Assembly (NCBI RefSeq): GCF_036365525.1
Contig: NC_090383.1
Span: 83,565,123-83,629,122, forward strand
Origin: Heterodontus francisci
Lineage: Eukaryota
DNA: 64,000 bases
Direction: 5' to 3'
The notes beneath the pieces were generated by a model. It did no database searches. It was not told the origin of the DNA and saw nothing but the letters and a program-made list of their open reading frames with translations. Both the position numbers and the translations under genes were made by a program. The number at the start of each line of letters is the position of its first letter. The stretch's first letter is position 1. This document shows, in pieces, positions 36,916 to 48,934 of this stretch.

Positions 36916-37224
36916 TGACTAGTAATTGGAACATGCTACTACTACTTACAATAATTACATATGTTTTTCCCATTGGTCTTGTATGAATATAGCTTTCACG
37001 CAAAAGATGTGCAAGAGTATTGTAATGAATTAGACATGTTTGCAAAAATTAACAGATTAAGGGTATTAACATAAGCTCTCCGTTAGGAAATGTTATTCAA
37101 TTGAACGACAATTAATATGCCAGCAGCTCTCTGGAAAACTAAAAGGGACAAGAAGCTGTACATTAAAAATATCTATGGAACAGATAAATTGAATCAAACA
37201 TTTAACAATGTGGTAATGCCCTAC

Positions 37225-37329
37225 CTCCTCCCCAATTATCGTTAGTTTGGGGAATTTACATGTCAGTGATGAACAGATGCTTAGCTGCACTAATCGATCT
37301 GCTTTTGTTTGTAGATCATTGGCTCCGGT
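37225..37329 (-). CDS. BPNT1: BPNT1 coding exon 2 ([35 protein letters not shown])
   Basis: tag|ACC...GAG|gtaggg, 105 nt; TKAD and metal-binding GEE motifs. Confidence 0.96.
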
Positions 37330-37734
37330 CTATGTTGGAAATATGAAAAAGGTAAAACAGACAAATGTCTGCCTTATGTTCAGCATAAAAGGTCATATAA
37401 TATACAGAATACTATAAACAATTTATAGTATATATAATAATCTGCACGGACAGAGTTAAATGACCCAATTCTAGGGGCTCTCTGTACTAGGTTATTTTAA
37501 TAATTAGTATGGCAAGAACACTGACGGAATTGCTGTAGGTATCCAACAGATTCAACAATTTTAAATTGTACATAGCCACATAAATGAAACAGCAATCATA
37601 TTTGTGGTACACATTTCACAAACAATCTTGGATTAGGTGGTCATCTACTGTAGTGTTTAACCACCCATCCAAAATTTAAAAAGTATACTTACTTGCAATA
37701 TGCTCCATGACAGAGCAGAAAGCTTTTTTTTAAA

Positions 37735-38555
37735 AATTCATTCATGGGGATGTGGGCGTCGCTGGCCAGGCAGCATTTATTGCCCATCCCTAATTGCCCT
37801 GGAGAAGGTAGTGGTGAGCTGCCTTCTTGAACCGCTGCAGTCCATGTGGGGTAGGTACACCCACAGTGCTGTTAGGAAGGGAGTTCCAGGATTTTGATCC
37901 AGCGACAGTGAAGGAATGGTGATATAGTTCCAAGTCAGGATGGTGTGTGACTTGGAGGGGAACTTGCAGGTGGTGGTGTTCCCATGCATTTGCTGCCCTT
38001 GTCCTTCTAGTTGGTAGAGGTCGCGGGTTTGGAAGGTGCTGTCTAAGCAGCCTTAGTGCGTTGCTGCAGTGCATCTTGTAGATGGTACACACTGCTGCCA
38101 ATGTGCGTTGGTGGTGGAGGGAGTGAATGTTTGTAGACGGGGTGGCAATCAAGCAAGCTGCTTTGTCCTGGATGGTGCCGAGCTTCTTGAGTGTTGTTGG
38201 AGCTGCACCCATCCAGGCAAGTGCAGAGTATTCCATCACACTCCTGACTTGTGCCTTGTAGATGGTGGACAGTCTTTGGGGAGTCAGGAGGGGAGTTACT
38301 CGCTGCAGGATTCCTAGCCTCTGACCTGCTGTTGTAGCCACAGTATTTATATGGCTACTCCAGTTCAGTTTCTGGTCAATGGTAGCCCCTAGGATGTTGA
38401 CAGTGGGGGATTCAGTGATGGTAATGCCATTGAATGTCAAGGGGAGATGGTTAGATACTCTCTTGTTGGAGATGGTCATTGCCTGGCACTTGTGTGGCGT
38501 GAATGTTATTTGCCACTTATCAGCCCAAGCCTGGATATTGTCCAGGTCTTGCTGC
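37735..38555 (-). mobile_element. CR1-group (Zenon-like) LINE 3' fragment with an open 261-aa frame
   Basis: ORF 37790-38575 (LQQDLDNIQAWADKWQITF, YKAQVRSVMEY); same family as 9370-11530. Confidence 0.8.
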
Positions 38556-39780
38556 AGTTCTCTACACAAGTCCATAATTTAAGCAATGTTACTGGGAAGG
38601 TGTAGTGCGTGTTAATAAGGATAATTAATTTGGATGAGGAAACTAAATTGAACGGGTCATGTTCACATACATGCCAGTAAGCAGATATAGAGCAGCAAAG
38701 AAGCACGAAAGCAAAGGAGGTTGGCTGGGCAAGATGTATTTCACCATCCAAGATAATCTGATATTCCAGAAAATTCTACGTTATGCAGCATGAACCTATC
38801 CAATAATAAGCTGTCAGGTGCAATGATTATTATTTTTCTAAGTCCAGTATAATTGGTATTAAGAATTGTCAAATGACCACAGGGTTCAAATAACAAATGA
38901 AAAATTCAACATCGCCTGAGCCCCTTTATTGTTTTATGATCCACTGTCAGTTACCCATTGCATCATACAGCACAGTAGGCTGTTCAGCCCATTATGCCTG
39001 TGCCAGCATTTTGAAAGAGCTATCCAATTAGTCCTGCTCCTGTGTTCTTTCCCTGCATTTGTTTTGTTTTTCAAGCAAAAATCCAATTCTGCTTTGAAAG
39101 AAACTATTGGATCTGCTTCCACCACCATTTCAGGTCGTGCATTCCAGATCACAACAACTCATTCTGTAAAAAAAAATTCCCTTCATTTCCCTTCTGGTTC
39201 TTTTGCCAATTATCTTAGATCTGTGATCTGGTTACCTGCCAGTGGACATAGTTTCTCCTTATTTACTCTATCAAAAGCTTTATATATCAGTGGTGAGTGA
39301 GGCCTCAGCTGGAGCAGTGTGTCCACTGCTAGGCAACACACTTAAGGAAAGATGTCAAGACCTTGGAGAGGGTGCAAAGGAGATTTACCAGAATTCTCCC
39401 AGAGCTGAGGAGCTTTAATATGTGGAGACAATAGAGATGTTTGGAGCAGAAAAGGTTAAGGGAAGATTTTATAATAAAGCAGTTCAAAACTACAATGGGC
39501 TTTGATAGTGGGTGTATACTTTCTGTGCAACCAGAGGAAATCAACTAATATATTAAAATATCTGGGACCTACTTTGATATGTTTTTTCTCCTGTCTGTAT
39601 TTACTGATTTAAATTGCTGTCAACATTTCCTGTTCAGTTTTATTCGGTGAACTATTATGATGTAGTTGCAACCTCTGGCCACTATGTGGCTTTGTAAGCA
39701 AGTATTTGAAGAGTGTCTCCATCTGGTGAACCAACGTAACATTCATTAAATGACTGCTGGCAATCTTCTCGTGTGCATAT

Positions 39781-42700
39781 TGTTACAGCCACGTAGTGAG
39801 GGGGTTTGGCTGGTTTCCACTGTTCAACTCCCACTTGACTTTAGCATTTGCTTTGTTATTAGGGTTTAACCCTTTTGGACTTTATTTGAGAAATAGACAG
39901 TGACAGCTTTTCTTATAGGTTTAAAACTGGAAATCAATTATTTATTGATGAATATGCCGTAATCTGAAATTGTCGCAACTGCATCCACTCACACATTCGC
40001 GCATTCACAAAAACACACACAAAAAGAAACAGATAGAGAGAAAAAGGGGTAAGCGGTTCTAAGTGTGGATAAGTTTCAGGGGTCAACAGTAAACCTGCAG
40101 AATTCTCTCGGAAGTCAAATTCTTGATTGTTGCAAGCCTGAGGTGTTTGTAGGTTTCTCTCTTGGTTGAAAGTTCAGTTGACGACAGTGGATCATTTCTA
40201 ATTCGCTACTGTATAAGTATAAATGTAGAATTTACAGCAAGGCTTGCTGGCTTGCCAGATTCTTCCCAGCCCCCTTAACTGGAAAAGCTGTTTGGTGATG
40301 CTTCTTTCTGGTGGCGGTCTCTCTCTCGTGCTGCCTTTAAGGTAAAAGTTTGTTGCCTCTCGTCTCTGCTGGGAGAGATGAATTTTCTTCCCTATGGTGA
40401 CCGACAATGGCTCAGGATGTGGCTACTTCACACATCCCTTGTTTCAGAAGAACACATTCAATTCAGGAATGTTTCAGGATGGGTTTAGGAAGGGTGCAAT
40501 TGACACCTCTTAGATTTGAAGGTATTCTTTTGTCCCTGTCAGTCAATTTGAATAAACAAAGACCAGGTCTTGTACTTTCAGCAGCAATTTTTAACAGCAT
40601 TGTTTACTTTTTAAAAGAAAGGTCCATTTTTGAAAAAAGACAAGTCGGTGGCATACCCACTTCTGCCTGGCCTGGGGATCCAACCCATATTTTGCGGTTT
40701 CCTGGTCTTTAACTGTTTGGAGGCAGGAATTGCATCCGCTTGAGGTATGAAGTCTTGTCTAATGGAGCTGCCGGCCAATCAGTGGACCGGCAGCGGAACT
40801 GGGAGCGGTGGTCACTGCTGGGACTGCAGCCCAGCTTGAAGATGGGAGCCCTGGAACCAAGGTAAGGTTCTGGGGCCTCGCCGGGGGTGATTGATCAGGC
40901 CCAGGCGAAGCAAGGGTGGTCGACTGGGGGGGGGGGGGGGGAAACGGGGTGGGAGGGGGGGGTAGTGTTGGGGGTAGCTGGGGCAGTGGGGATGGCCCTC
41001 TGTTGGGCACAGGGTGCCCAATCATGAGGGCACCCCCCCCCCCACCCCACCAGGCCATCAAGAGAGCCACCTGCTCGTCAGACAGCTTTTCTCGGGCCTG
41101 GGCTGGCTGCCCGCTTCCCAAGGGTAAAATCCCCATGGCGGACGGAGGCCCTTAAGTGGCCGCTTAAGGGCTTTGATTGGCCTGGGATGGGCAGGCTGTT
41201 TTTTACTACCACCGCCCTGCATAAAGTGGAGGAGGAGGCGAGAACAGGTGTGGAAAGGACCCCCCCCCCCCCTCCTCTGAGCCTCACACTCCATTTTACG
41301 CACCTCCCCGCACCACCTCTCCCCCCCCCCCCCCCCCCCCACCCCTGCAAATGTCCTGCTCTTCGGGGAGGCATAAAAGTCCAGCCAGTCAATTTTTACA
41401 GTAGTTTTCCATCATTGCACTTCTTGTACATATGACAGCTTTCCCAAAAGGGAAAAGACTGAAATGCCTCTTTTTTAAATATAGTTTAGTTTTGAAGGAA
41501 GAACGGACGGAAGGACGAGGGATAGAAAGAAAGAAAGGAAGGAAGGGAAGAGAAAAAGTAATAAGGTTTAGGGGTAGCACCATTGCACACATGGCATCCA
41601 AACTGCTACAGCTGGCATTGTCTAACAGCCATTTCTGTTCAAGTTTAAGTTTTTTCATCATCCTTCATCTAAATGAGGTACCATTAAAATTGCATTTCAT
41701 TTGGTTACATGTTGTCAAATGTAATTTTTCTCACATCAGTTTCTATGCAGTACTTTGGGAAAGTTAATCTCAATAAGCATGTAGTTGCTGGTGAAGCTTG
41801 TAGAATGTAAATTTCCATTACACATTGTTCTGGGGTGTTTGCAACTTTCCCTGTCTGTAAAAGCTTCAACCCCTTAACTGTTGTTTCCACAATACATGGC
41901 TTTAACAATTCAAGTTCTGGCGCATTGATAATTCTTATCTCGAGGGTGATAGTGGGTGATAAATTGTTTTTAAGCCCATGAGGTGTCTGCAATTTCCTCC
42001 TGCCCCTTGTTGTTGATTAGCTCTGAATCTAAATTGTTGGGTTTGATTAGCTTTGGATTTGGAAAATGATCGTTTGATTCTTCAGTGAGTAGATCCACAA
42101 TGATCTCACTTTTAGTTTTCTTGTGATTTGCACAAGTGTTGTTTACTTTTGGGTATTTTACCTTCCCTTTTCTGTTTGGTTCCAGGATAAGTTTTTCCTA
42201 ATCTGTCCCATGTCCTATGGGACACTACTGCTCACAGGTGGTTGTCCAGCTTCCACTGTGGCACTTCAACTAGGTGAGGCATCTCCCTCACTCTCAGCTT
42301 GCTCGTTTGGGAACTTTCCTTACCTTTTTAAAAAAGATTTAAATAGAATTTCAGTTAACCATATCTCTGATGCTTTTGCTGCTTTTATCATAGCTCCTTT
42401 AAAATGTTCCTGCCTCCATCTTGGCCTTTTTAAATTCTTCGGGCTGTGTCTTGGCCTTTTTAAAGTCCACTGGCTCTATCGCCCCCTGTGGGACTCTTGG
42501 GATTTTCTCAGCCCTCTGCAGCTGCACAGAGTTTTTGTTCTTCTCAGTTTCTCCAGTCTCCGCGGACTGTCCTGGACCCTCTGGGTACAATACTGTGCTT
42601 CCTGCCAAACCATTGCCCAACAATAGGTCCACCCTCTAAATGGGTAAGCTTGGAATGATCCCAACTGTCACTACTCCCATGACCAACTTACTCTGTAGGT

Positions 42701-44378
42701 AAACATAAATTAAGGGAACCTTCAAGCATTTGCCAGTAAGCCCTTTTATCAATACTGTGGTTTTTGTTCTGCTTTTGGGTGGTAGGGTTTGAAAACAAGC
42801 AGTAACCAAGGATGATTATCTCCTTGCCTGGTGCCTGGGATACAAAAGGAATCATTTTTTCCATTTTGTAAAATGTTCTGATATGTGTTCTGCTCTTCAG
42901 TGATGCTAGAACACATCCCACTTTCAAAGCTATGGACACGGGCTTGACTGCAGCGCCTCCTATTGGTTTTTTGGAATACCAACAGTTTGCTTGGACGTGA
43001 CCAGATTTGCCACACTGGAAACACATCGGGAGGACCCCTACTCATTTATCTCCTGGGATCCTTTAAAAGTTAGAGGCTGATCTCGTTTTCCTTCCCTGCT
43101 CTCCTTTTCTCTTGAGCCCATTTCTGCTTCCTCTGTATCCCTGCTATTTCTCCCTGGCTTGTAAGAGTTACTGGACCCAAATTTATTGAGTCAGGGATTT
43201 GTGAATTAACTCAATCATCAGCCATTTTTGCTGCTTCTCTTACTCTTGTAACTCTTACTTGGTCCTTATACTAATTGGGATGCTATTTTTAAATTCTTCC
43301 AGCAACATCACTTCTCTCAAATTTTCATGAGCGTTCTAGCTTGAGAGATCGCATCTCAAAAGTCTGTGTGGGCCTTTTCCGGGTTTGTCTGAATTTCTGT
43401 CTATATGCTTCAGGTACTAGCTCACATGCATTTGCAAATTTAATTTGGTCATAGTCAGAGGAACTTTCTTCTGATAACAGGGAAAAAGCTTCACGAGCCC
43501 TAACCACAAACTCACCTTGTAAGAGCAGAGTCCAAAATCCTTTCAGCCATTTTAGCCTGGTAGCTATTTTCTCAAAATGAGAAAAAATATGTCTTCACCT
43601 CCTCCTCATTAAATTTTGGCACTAGTCTTGAGTGTCTCAGTACATCAAAGTTTTGCTCTGAATTGGGGATAAGCTTTGAGTGGCCGATAGCAGCATGCTC
43701 ATCTTGTGTGTGTAGCCTTTCAAGCTCAAATTTTCTGGCTGCTTCATCTCTTTCCTTCTGCAATTGAATCTCCTCTCTTCTCAACTGCAACTCCTACCTT
43801 TCCTTCTGAATTCTAGCTAGAGCTATCCTTTCAGTTTCAGATTCCATGCTTTCTTCTTCTGGTTCAGGGGTAAGTTTAAAATGGTTAACTAGACTTTCAC
43901 CAGTTCAGGTTTCTTTCTTTTTGCTTGAAAGTGATTCCCAACACTGTAGCTAAGCTTTTTAAATCTTCAATACTTAATTTGTTTAACTTACCATGGGATA
44001 TCTCTCCCTGCTCTACAAACTCCTTAGCATTAGATGTGGCCATCTCTCCTGTTTCTAGCGCTGTAAAGAAAAAACACAGGAAAACCTGTGTTTGTTTTTC
44101 CACAATTTTAGATGTTGATTTTTCTCCGGTTTTCCAAATCTCTCGGTCAGGTGGTTCATATCCTGGCTTCGAGCCCCAAATGTGTTATGGCCACATGGTG
44201 AGGGGTTTGGGTGGTTACCACTGTTCAACTCCCACCTGACCGCTACAAGTGCGTTTTGTTTTTACAGTTTAACCCCTCTGTGTTTTATTTGTCAAACAGA
44301 CAGTAACAGGTTTTCTTATAGTTTAAAAGAGGAAATGAATTAATTATTGATCAATATGCCTCATTCTGAAATTGTCAC
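39781..44378 (-). mobile_element. Internally deleted Gypsy LTR retrotransposon with SCAN-like gag and CCHC zinc knuckle
   Basis: Homologous LTR ends at 39781 and 44183 (tgtta...). tRNA-Pro-like PBS TGGGGCTCG (minus, 44161-44178). gag ATG at 44043, with LVPKFNEEEV, ELVPEAYRQKFR, LLEEFKNS and CFQCGKSGHVQANC (42982-43023). No RT or integrase seen. Confidence 0.8.
40735..41390. mobile_element. GC-rich MITE-like insertion within the Gypsy 3' LTR region
   Basis: Abrupt GC shift with long G/C runs; terminus AAAAGTCCAGCC resembles the reverse complement of GGGCTGAATTTT at 48790. Confidence 0.4.
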
Positions 44379-45648
44379 ACTTCCCTTTCTCGACTTCTCT
44401 ATCTCCATCTCTGGGGATAGGCTGTCCACTATTATTCATTATAAGCCCACTGACTCCCACAGCGACTTCAACTACACTGTCCCACACCCTGCTTCCTGTA
44501 AAGGCTCCATTCTCCCAGTTTCTCCGTCTCCGATGCATCTCTTCTAATGACGCGACCTTTCACAACAGCGCTTCCGATATGTCTTTTTTCCTCAACCGAG
44601 GATTCCCCCCCCACTGCGGTTGACAGGGCCCTGTATGACCCATTTCCCGCACTTCTGCCTGACCCCTTCCGCTCCCTTCAGAGGAACGACAGGGTTCCCC
44701 TTGTTCTCACTTTCCACACCACCAGCCTCCACCAGTTCTGCCCCAGCAAACACATCTTCCCCTCCCTTCAGCATTCCGAAGGGATCATTCCCTCCACAAC
44801 ACTCTGGTCCACTCCATCAGCCCAACACCTTGTCCTCTTCCCATGGCACCTTTCCATACAATTGCAGGAGGTGTAACACCTGCCCATTTGCCTCCTCTTT
44901 CCTCACCATCCAAGGCCCCAAGACTCCTTCCAGGTGAAGCAGCGCTTTACTTATGCTTCTTTCAATTTAGTATACTGTATTCACTGCTCACAATGGGGTC
45001 ACCTCTACACTGGCAAGGCCAAATGCAGATTGAGTGACCGCTTTGCAGAACACCTCTGCTCAGTTTTCAAGCATGACCCCAAGCTTCCACTTGTTTGCCA
45101 TTTTAATTCACTACCCTGCTCTCACGCCCACATTTCTGTCCTTGGCCTACTAGTGTTCCAGTGAAGCTCAACGTAAGCTTGAGGAACAGAACCTCATCTT
45201 CCAATTCAACATTCTATAGCCTTCTAGACTCCACATTGAGTTCAACAATTACAGAGCATGATTACCATTTTTTATTTTTATTTTTAATATATTTTATAAC
45301 TAGGTGCTTCTCAAACTTGTTTTTCATGTTTTTTCTTTCAGGCAGAGCTGTTCATTATTCTGCCACTAACACTCACTCTCTGGACTAATGCTTTGTCTTT
45401 TACTACAACTATTGACACTCCCTTTGCCTTTTATTCCGTGACATCTTTGTCATTTAATCTCTGCTGTCATCCGCTGTATCACTGACCTTCCCTTTTGCCC
45501 TTCTCCCCGCCCCCCGCCCCCCACCCCATCCTCCCTTTCACTTGCTCAAAGCCCATTACATTTTAACCTTTTCCAGTTGTGATGAAATGTCACAGAACTG
45601 AAATGTTTCTCTCTCCACAGATGCTGCCAGACCTGCTGAGTATTGATA
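44379..45648 (+). mobile_element. Penelope-like retroelement 3' part (RT C-terminus, GIY-YIG endonuclease, pseudo-LTR)
   Basis: LPFLDFSISISGDRLSTIIHYKPTDSHS (RT end) and LVYCIHCSQWGHLYTGKAKCRLSDRFAEH (GIY-YIG); ends in the same pseudo-LTR as the mini-insertions. It truncates the Gypsy 5' LTR. Confidence 0.85.
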
Positions 45649-45959
45649 GCACTTTGTGATTACAGTTGTATACACTTACAGTATTGCTCTCCAGAAGGCA
45701 TGCAACCCTTGCCACTTAATAAAGTTACTACTGCAATCCACCAGGAATTGCAAAAGATGTAGAATAAAACACACCAGATGTCAGTATAATATTCAATTTG
45801 ATAAAAAGGACACGTGACTTTTAGATCATATAAATTTACTTTTTATAAACAAGATGCATCAAATCAAGATGAATCAGTAAATTAGCCAATAATTAGTCAT
45901 AGCTGCTTCAATTATTGTTTTGCCATTCACCGATCAAGAGATTGAATGTTTATACAAAT

Positions 45960-46865
45960 AACAGTCAGGGGGAAAGCCTTAGATTATAGGACGATATAGA
46001 TGGGCTGGTAAGATGGGCGGAGCAGTGGCAAATGGAATTTAATCCTGAGAAGTATAAGGTGATGCATTTTGGGAGGACTAACAAAGCAAGGGAATACACA
46101 ATGGATGGTAGGACCCTAGGAAGTACAGAAGGTCAGATGGGCCTTGACATACTTGTCCATAGATCACTGAAGGCAGCAGCACAGGTAGATAAGGTGGTTA
46201 GGAAGGCATATGGGATACTTGCCTTTATTAGCCGAGGCATAGAAAATAAGAGCAGGGAAGTGATGATGGAGCTGCATAAAATGCTAGTTTGGCCACAGCT
46301 GGAATACTGTGTACAGTTCTGGGCTTCACACTATAGGAAGGATGTGACTGCACTGGAGAGGGTGCAGAGGAGATTCACCAGGATGTTGCCTGGGCTGGAG
46401 CATTTCAGCTATGAAGAGAGACTGAAAAGGCTAGGGTTGTTTTCCTTAGAACAGAGAGAGAGAGAGAGAAAGGGAGGGGGGGGGGGGGGGGACATATTGA
46501 GGTATACAAAATTAGGAGGGGCATTGATACGTTAGATAGGAAGAGACTTTTTCCCTTAGCAGAGTGGTCAATAACCAGGGGACATAGATTTAAGGTAAGG
46601 GGCAGGAAGTTTAGAGGGGATTTGAAGAAAAAAAATTTCACCCAGAGGGTGGTTGGAATCTGGAACACACTGCCTGAAGTGTTGGTAGAGGCAGGAACCC
46701 TCACCACATTTAAGAAGGATTTAGATGAGCACTTGAAACACCATAGCATACAAGGCTACGGGCCAAGTACTGGAAAATGGGACTAGAATAGTTAGGTGCT
46801 TGATGAACGGCACAGACACGATGGGCCGAAGGGCCTGTTTCTGTGCTGTATAACTCTATGACTCT
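45960..46865 (+). mobile_element. CR1 LINE 3' fragment
   Basis: ORF 46032-46535 (MEFNPEK, LEYCVQFW); tail GGGCCGAAGGGCCTGTTTCTGTGCTGTA followed by (ACTCTATG). Confidence 0.85.
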
Positions 46866-47289
46866 TAACAGTGAAAAATACGCACCTGAAAGGCTGCACA
46901 TTGAATACTTTTACCCTATTTAAATGAATAAATAAATGTGTGGAGTGAAAATCAGGCATCAAGAACTTAACGACACTTCGGATTTCAGCTGCAGACACAC
47001 TTTTAACAGCAGTTCGAATCAACAATAAGCTAGTGTGAATACAACACAGAACTTAAGGAACTGAATATACAGAATACTACATAAAAAATGAAAACGCAAC
47101 AGATCCATTACTGATAGCTCGTGATATAAAAATACAACTCAAATTCTGACAATGTTAAATGAAAGTTGCTACTGAAATCGGTATTGCATCAAACAACAGC
47201 TGCTGATAATCTTCTCCCTCCACAGCAGCTTTAAGCAAAGATATTGCTGGTTTGCTCCACCCACAGCTCAGGCCTATCCGGGATCTCAC

Positions 47290-47409
47290 CTTCTCCACGA
47301 CGCCCAGGTCCCCTCCACTCATCACCTGGTGGATTATAGTTTGCGCCTTCTCGGCAATGGAGAAGGTCGAGGCCATAAGCCGCATCAGAAAATTCGGGCT
47401 CCCAGACAT
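47290..47409 (-). CDS. BPNT1: 3'(2'),5'-bisphosphate nucleotidase 1, coding exon 1 (MSGSPNFLMRLMASTFSIAEKAQTIIHQVMSGGDLGVVEK)
   Basis: 120 nt, AAG|gtgaga donor; homologous to the human MASSNTVLMRLVASAYSIAQKAG...DLGIVEK segment. Confidence 0.93.
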
Positions 47410-47720
47410 GAGCAAAAACGAGGAGAAACACCAACCAACAGAGCTGCCGTCAAGTCACCTCTCACCCGCACCAAGGCCGATAGAAGGTGCACGCATGCGT
47501 ACACCTGAAGAAGCATTTTGACTGACAGCTCAACTACTGCACGCGACGGACTCACTGCAAAGCTGTTCGACAAGCGGCCAATGCAGCAACTTCCTGGCTT
47601 CATCCAGCTCGGCTATTCACAATTTGAAAAATGCAGCCGAGGTGATCCAAACACGAGAATTTGTTTTGTCTGAGGACCGGCCCCACCACAACTACGTGAT
47701 GCTCTTGTCGATAATAAGAC
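47410..47720 (-). promoter_or_regulatory. BPNT1: BPNT1 promoter/5' UTR (CpG-rich; NRF1-like and CCAAT motifs)
   Basis: Palindrome ACGCATGCGT at 47491-47500, GGCCAATG near 47576-47583, local CpG enrichment. Confidence 0.55.
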
Positions 47721-47984
47721 GCAGGATATTCGTGCATACCTGCATTATCCTGAGACAACATTCTACATTCACAAATTACATGGTGATTTGTTGCAATACG
47801 AAACCTTTCTTCAGAAATAGCCCCAGAGGTAATGACAAAACCGAAAACGTGTAGCTGTGTACCATTAAAAAAAATTAACATATGCCTTGCCCTGTCAATA
47901 ATCAGTAACTTGATTTTGATATTTTGGCACAATAAGTCAAGGCTGAAATTGTTCCTTTTGTCAGTTGTGATTGAGTTGGTCTAA

Positions 47985-48512
47985 AACAGTGGATGTAGAA
48001 AAAAAATCACATGGCATCATTTCAAAGAAGAGCAGGGGAGTTATCCCTGATTTAAAAACAAGAAATGCTGGAATCACTCAGCAGGTCTGGCAGCATCTGT
48101 GGAAAGAGAAGCAGAGTTAACGTTTCGGGTCAGTGACCCTTCTTCGGAACTGACAAATATTAGAAAAGTCACAGATTATAAGCAAGTGAGGTGGGGGTGG
48201 GGCAAGAGATAACAAAGGAGGTGTAGATTGGACCAGGCCACATAGCTGACCAAAAGGTCACGGAGCAAAGGCAAACAATATGTTAATGGTGTGTTGAAAG
48301 ACAAAGCATTAGTACAGATTAGGTGTAAATACACTGAATATTGAACAGCAGCAAGTGTTATCCCTGGACTGCTGGCCAATATTCATCCCTTAATCAAATC
48401 ATAAAAACAGATAATCTGGTCATTATCCCAGTGCTGACTCTTCAAAACTACTTTATTGACTGTAAAGCACTTTGGGATATCATGAAGGGTGCTATATAAA
48501 TGCAAGTATTTT
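47985..48512 (+). mobile_element. SacSINE1-like Deu-SINE fragment interrupted by a Penelope pseudo-LTR
   Basis: Segments 47985-48049 and 48357-48512 match the reverse complement of 25857-26100. Confidence 0.65.
48050..48356 (-). mobile_element. Young Penelope pseudo-LTR insertion with hammerhead core
   Basis: 10-bp direct repeat GTTATCCCTG at 48040-48049 and 48357-48366; minus-strand CCGAAGA-A-GGGTCACTGACCC-GAAAC-GTT at about 48119-48147. Confidence 0.85.
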
Positions 48513-48934
48513 GTTTTCATATAATTATAGAATATTACAGCACAGGAGGAAGCCATTCTGCCTATCATGTCCACACAGGCTCCTGAAAAATCTGTTTTAC
48601 TTAGTCCAGTAATGCCAATCCCATTGGCTCATAAATCAAGAAACAAACTCTTAAAAATTAAGAGATTTGATATAAAAATCATGAGTTGCTGTTTTTTCCA
48701 AACATAAACCAATATAGATTGACAGTTGGTTTATAAAATGAATTAGTGGCTTTTCTCTCAAACGGATCAGAGCTCTTTCCAAAAACTATGGGCTGAATTT
48801 TATTTGGCCCTTGGAGATGGTAATGGAGTCAGGGTGGAGGTTGGGGGGCATTTAATCAGGACTGGAGATGTCATACAGGAAGTCAGAAGTTGATAGTCCC
48901 ATCCCGATTTTGTCGGTGGTGGCAAAAAGTGAAC

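Noticed and set aside
40920-41345. Long pure G/C homopolymers (also about 21038, 22425, 54300) as functional elements
   Set aside because: They lie within repeats, and homopolymer lengths are unreliable in assemblies; no independent support.
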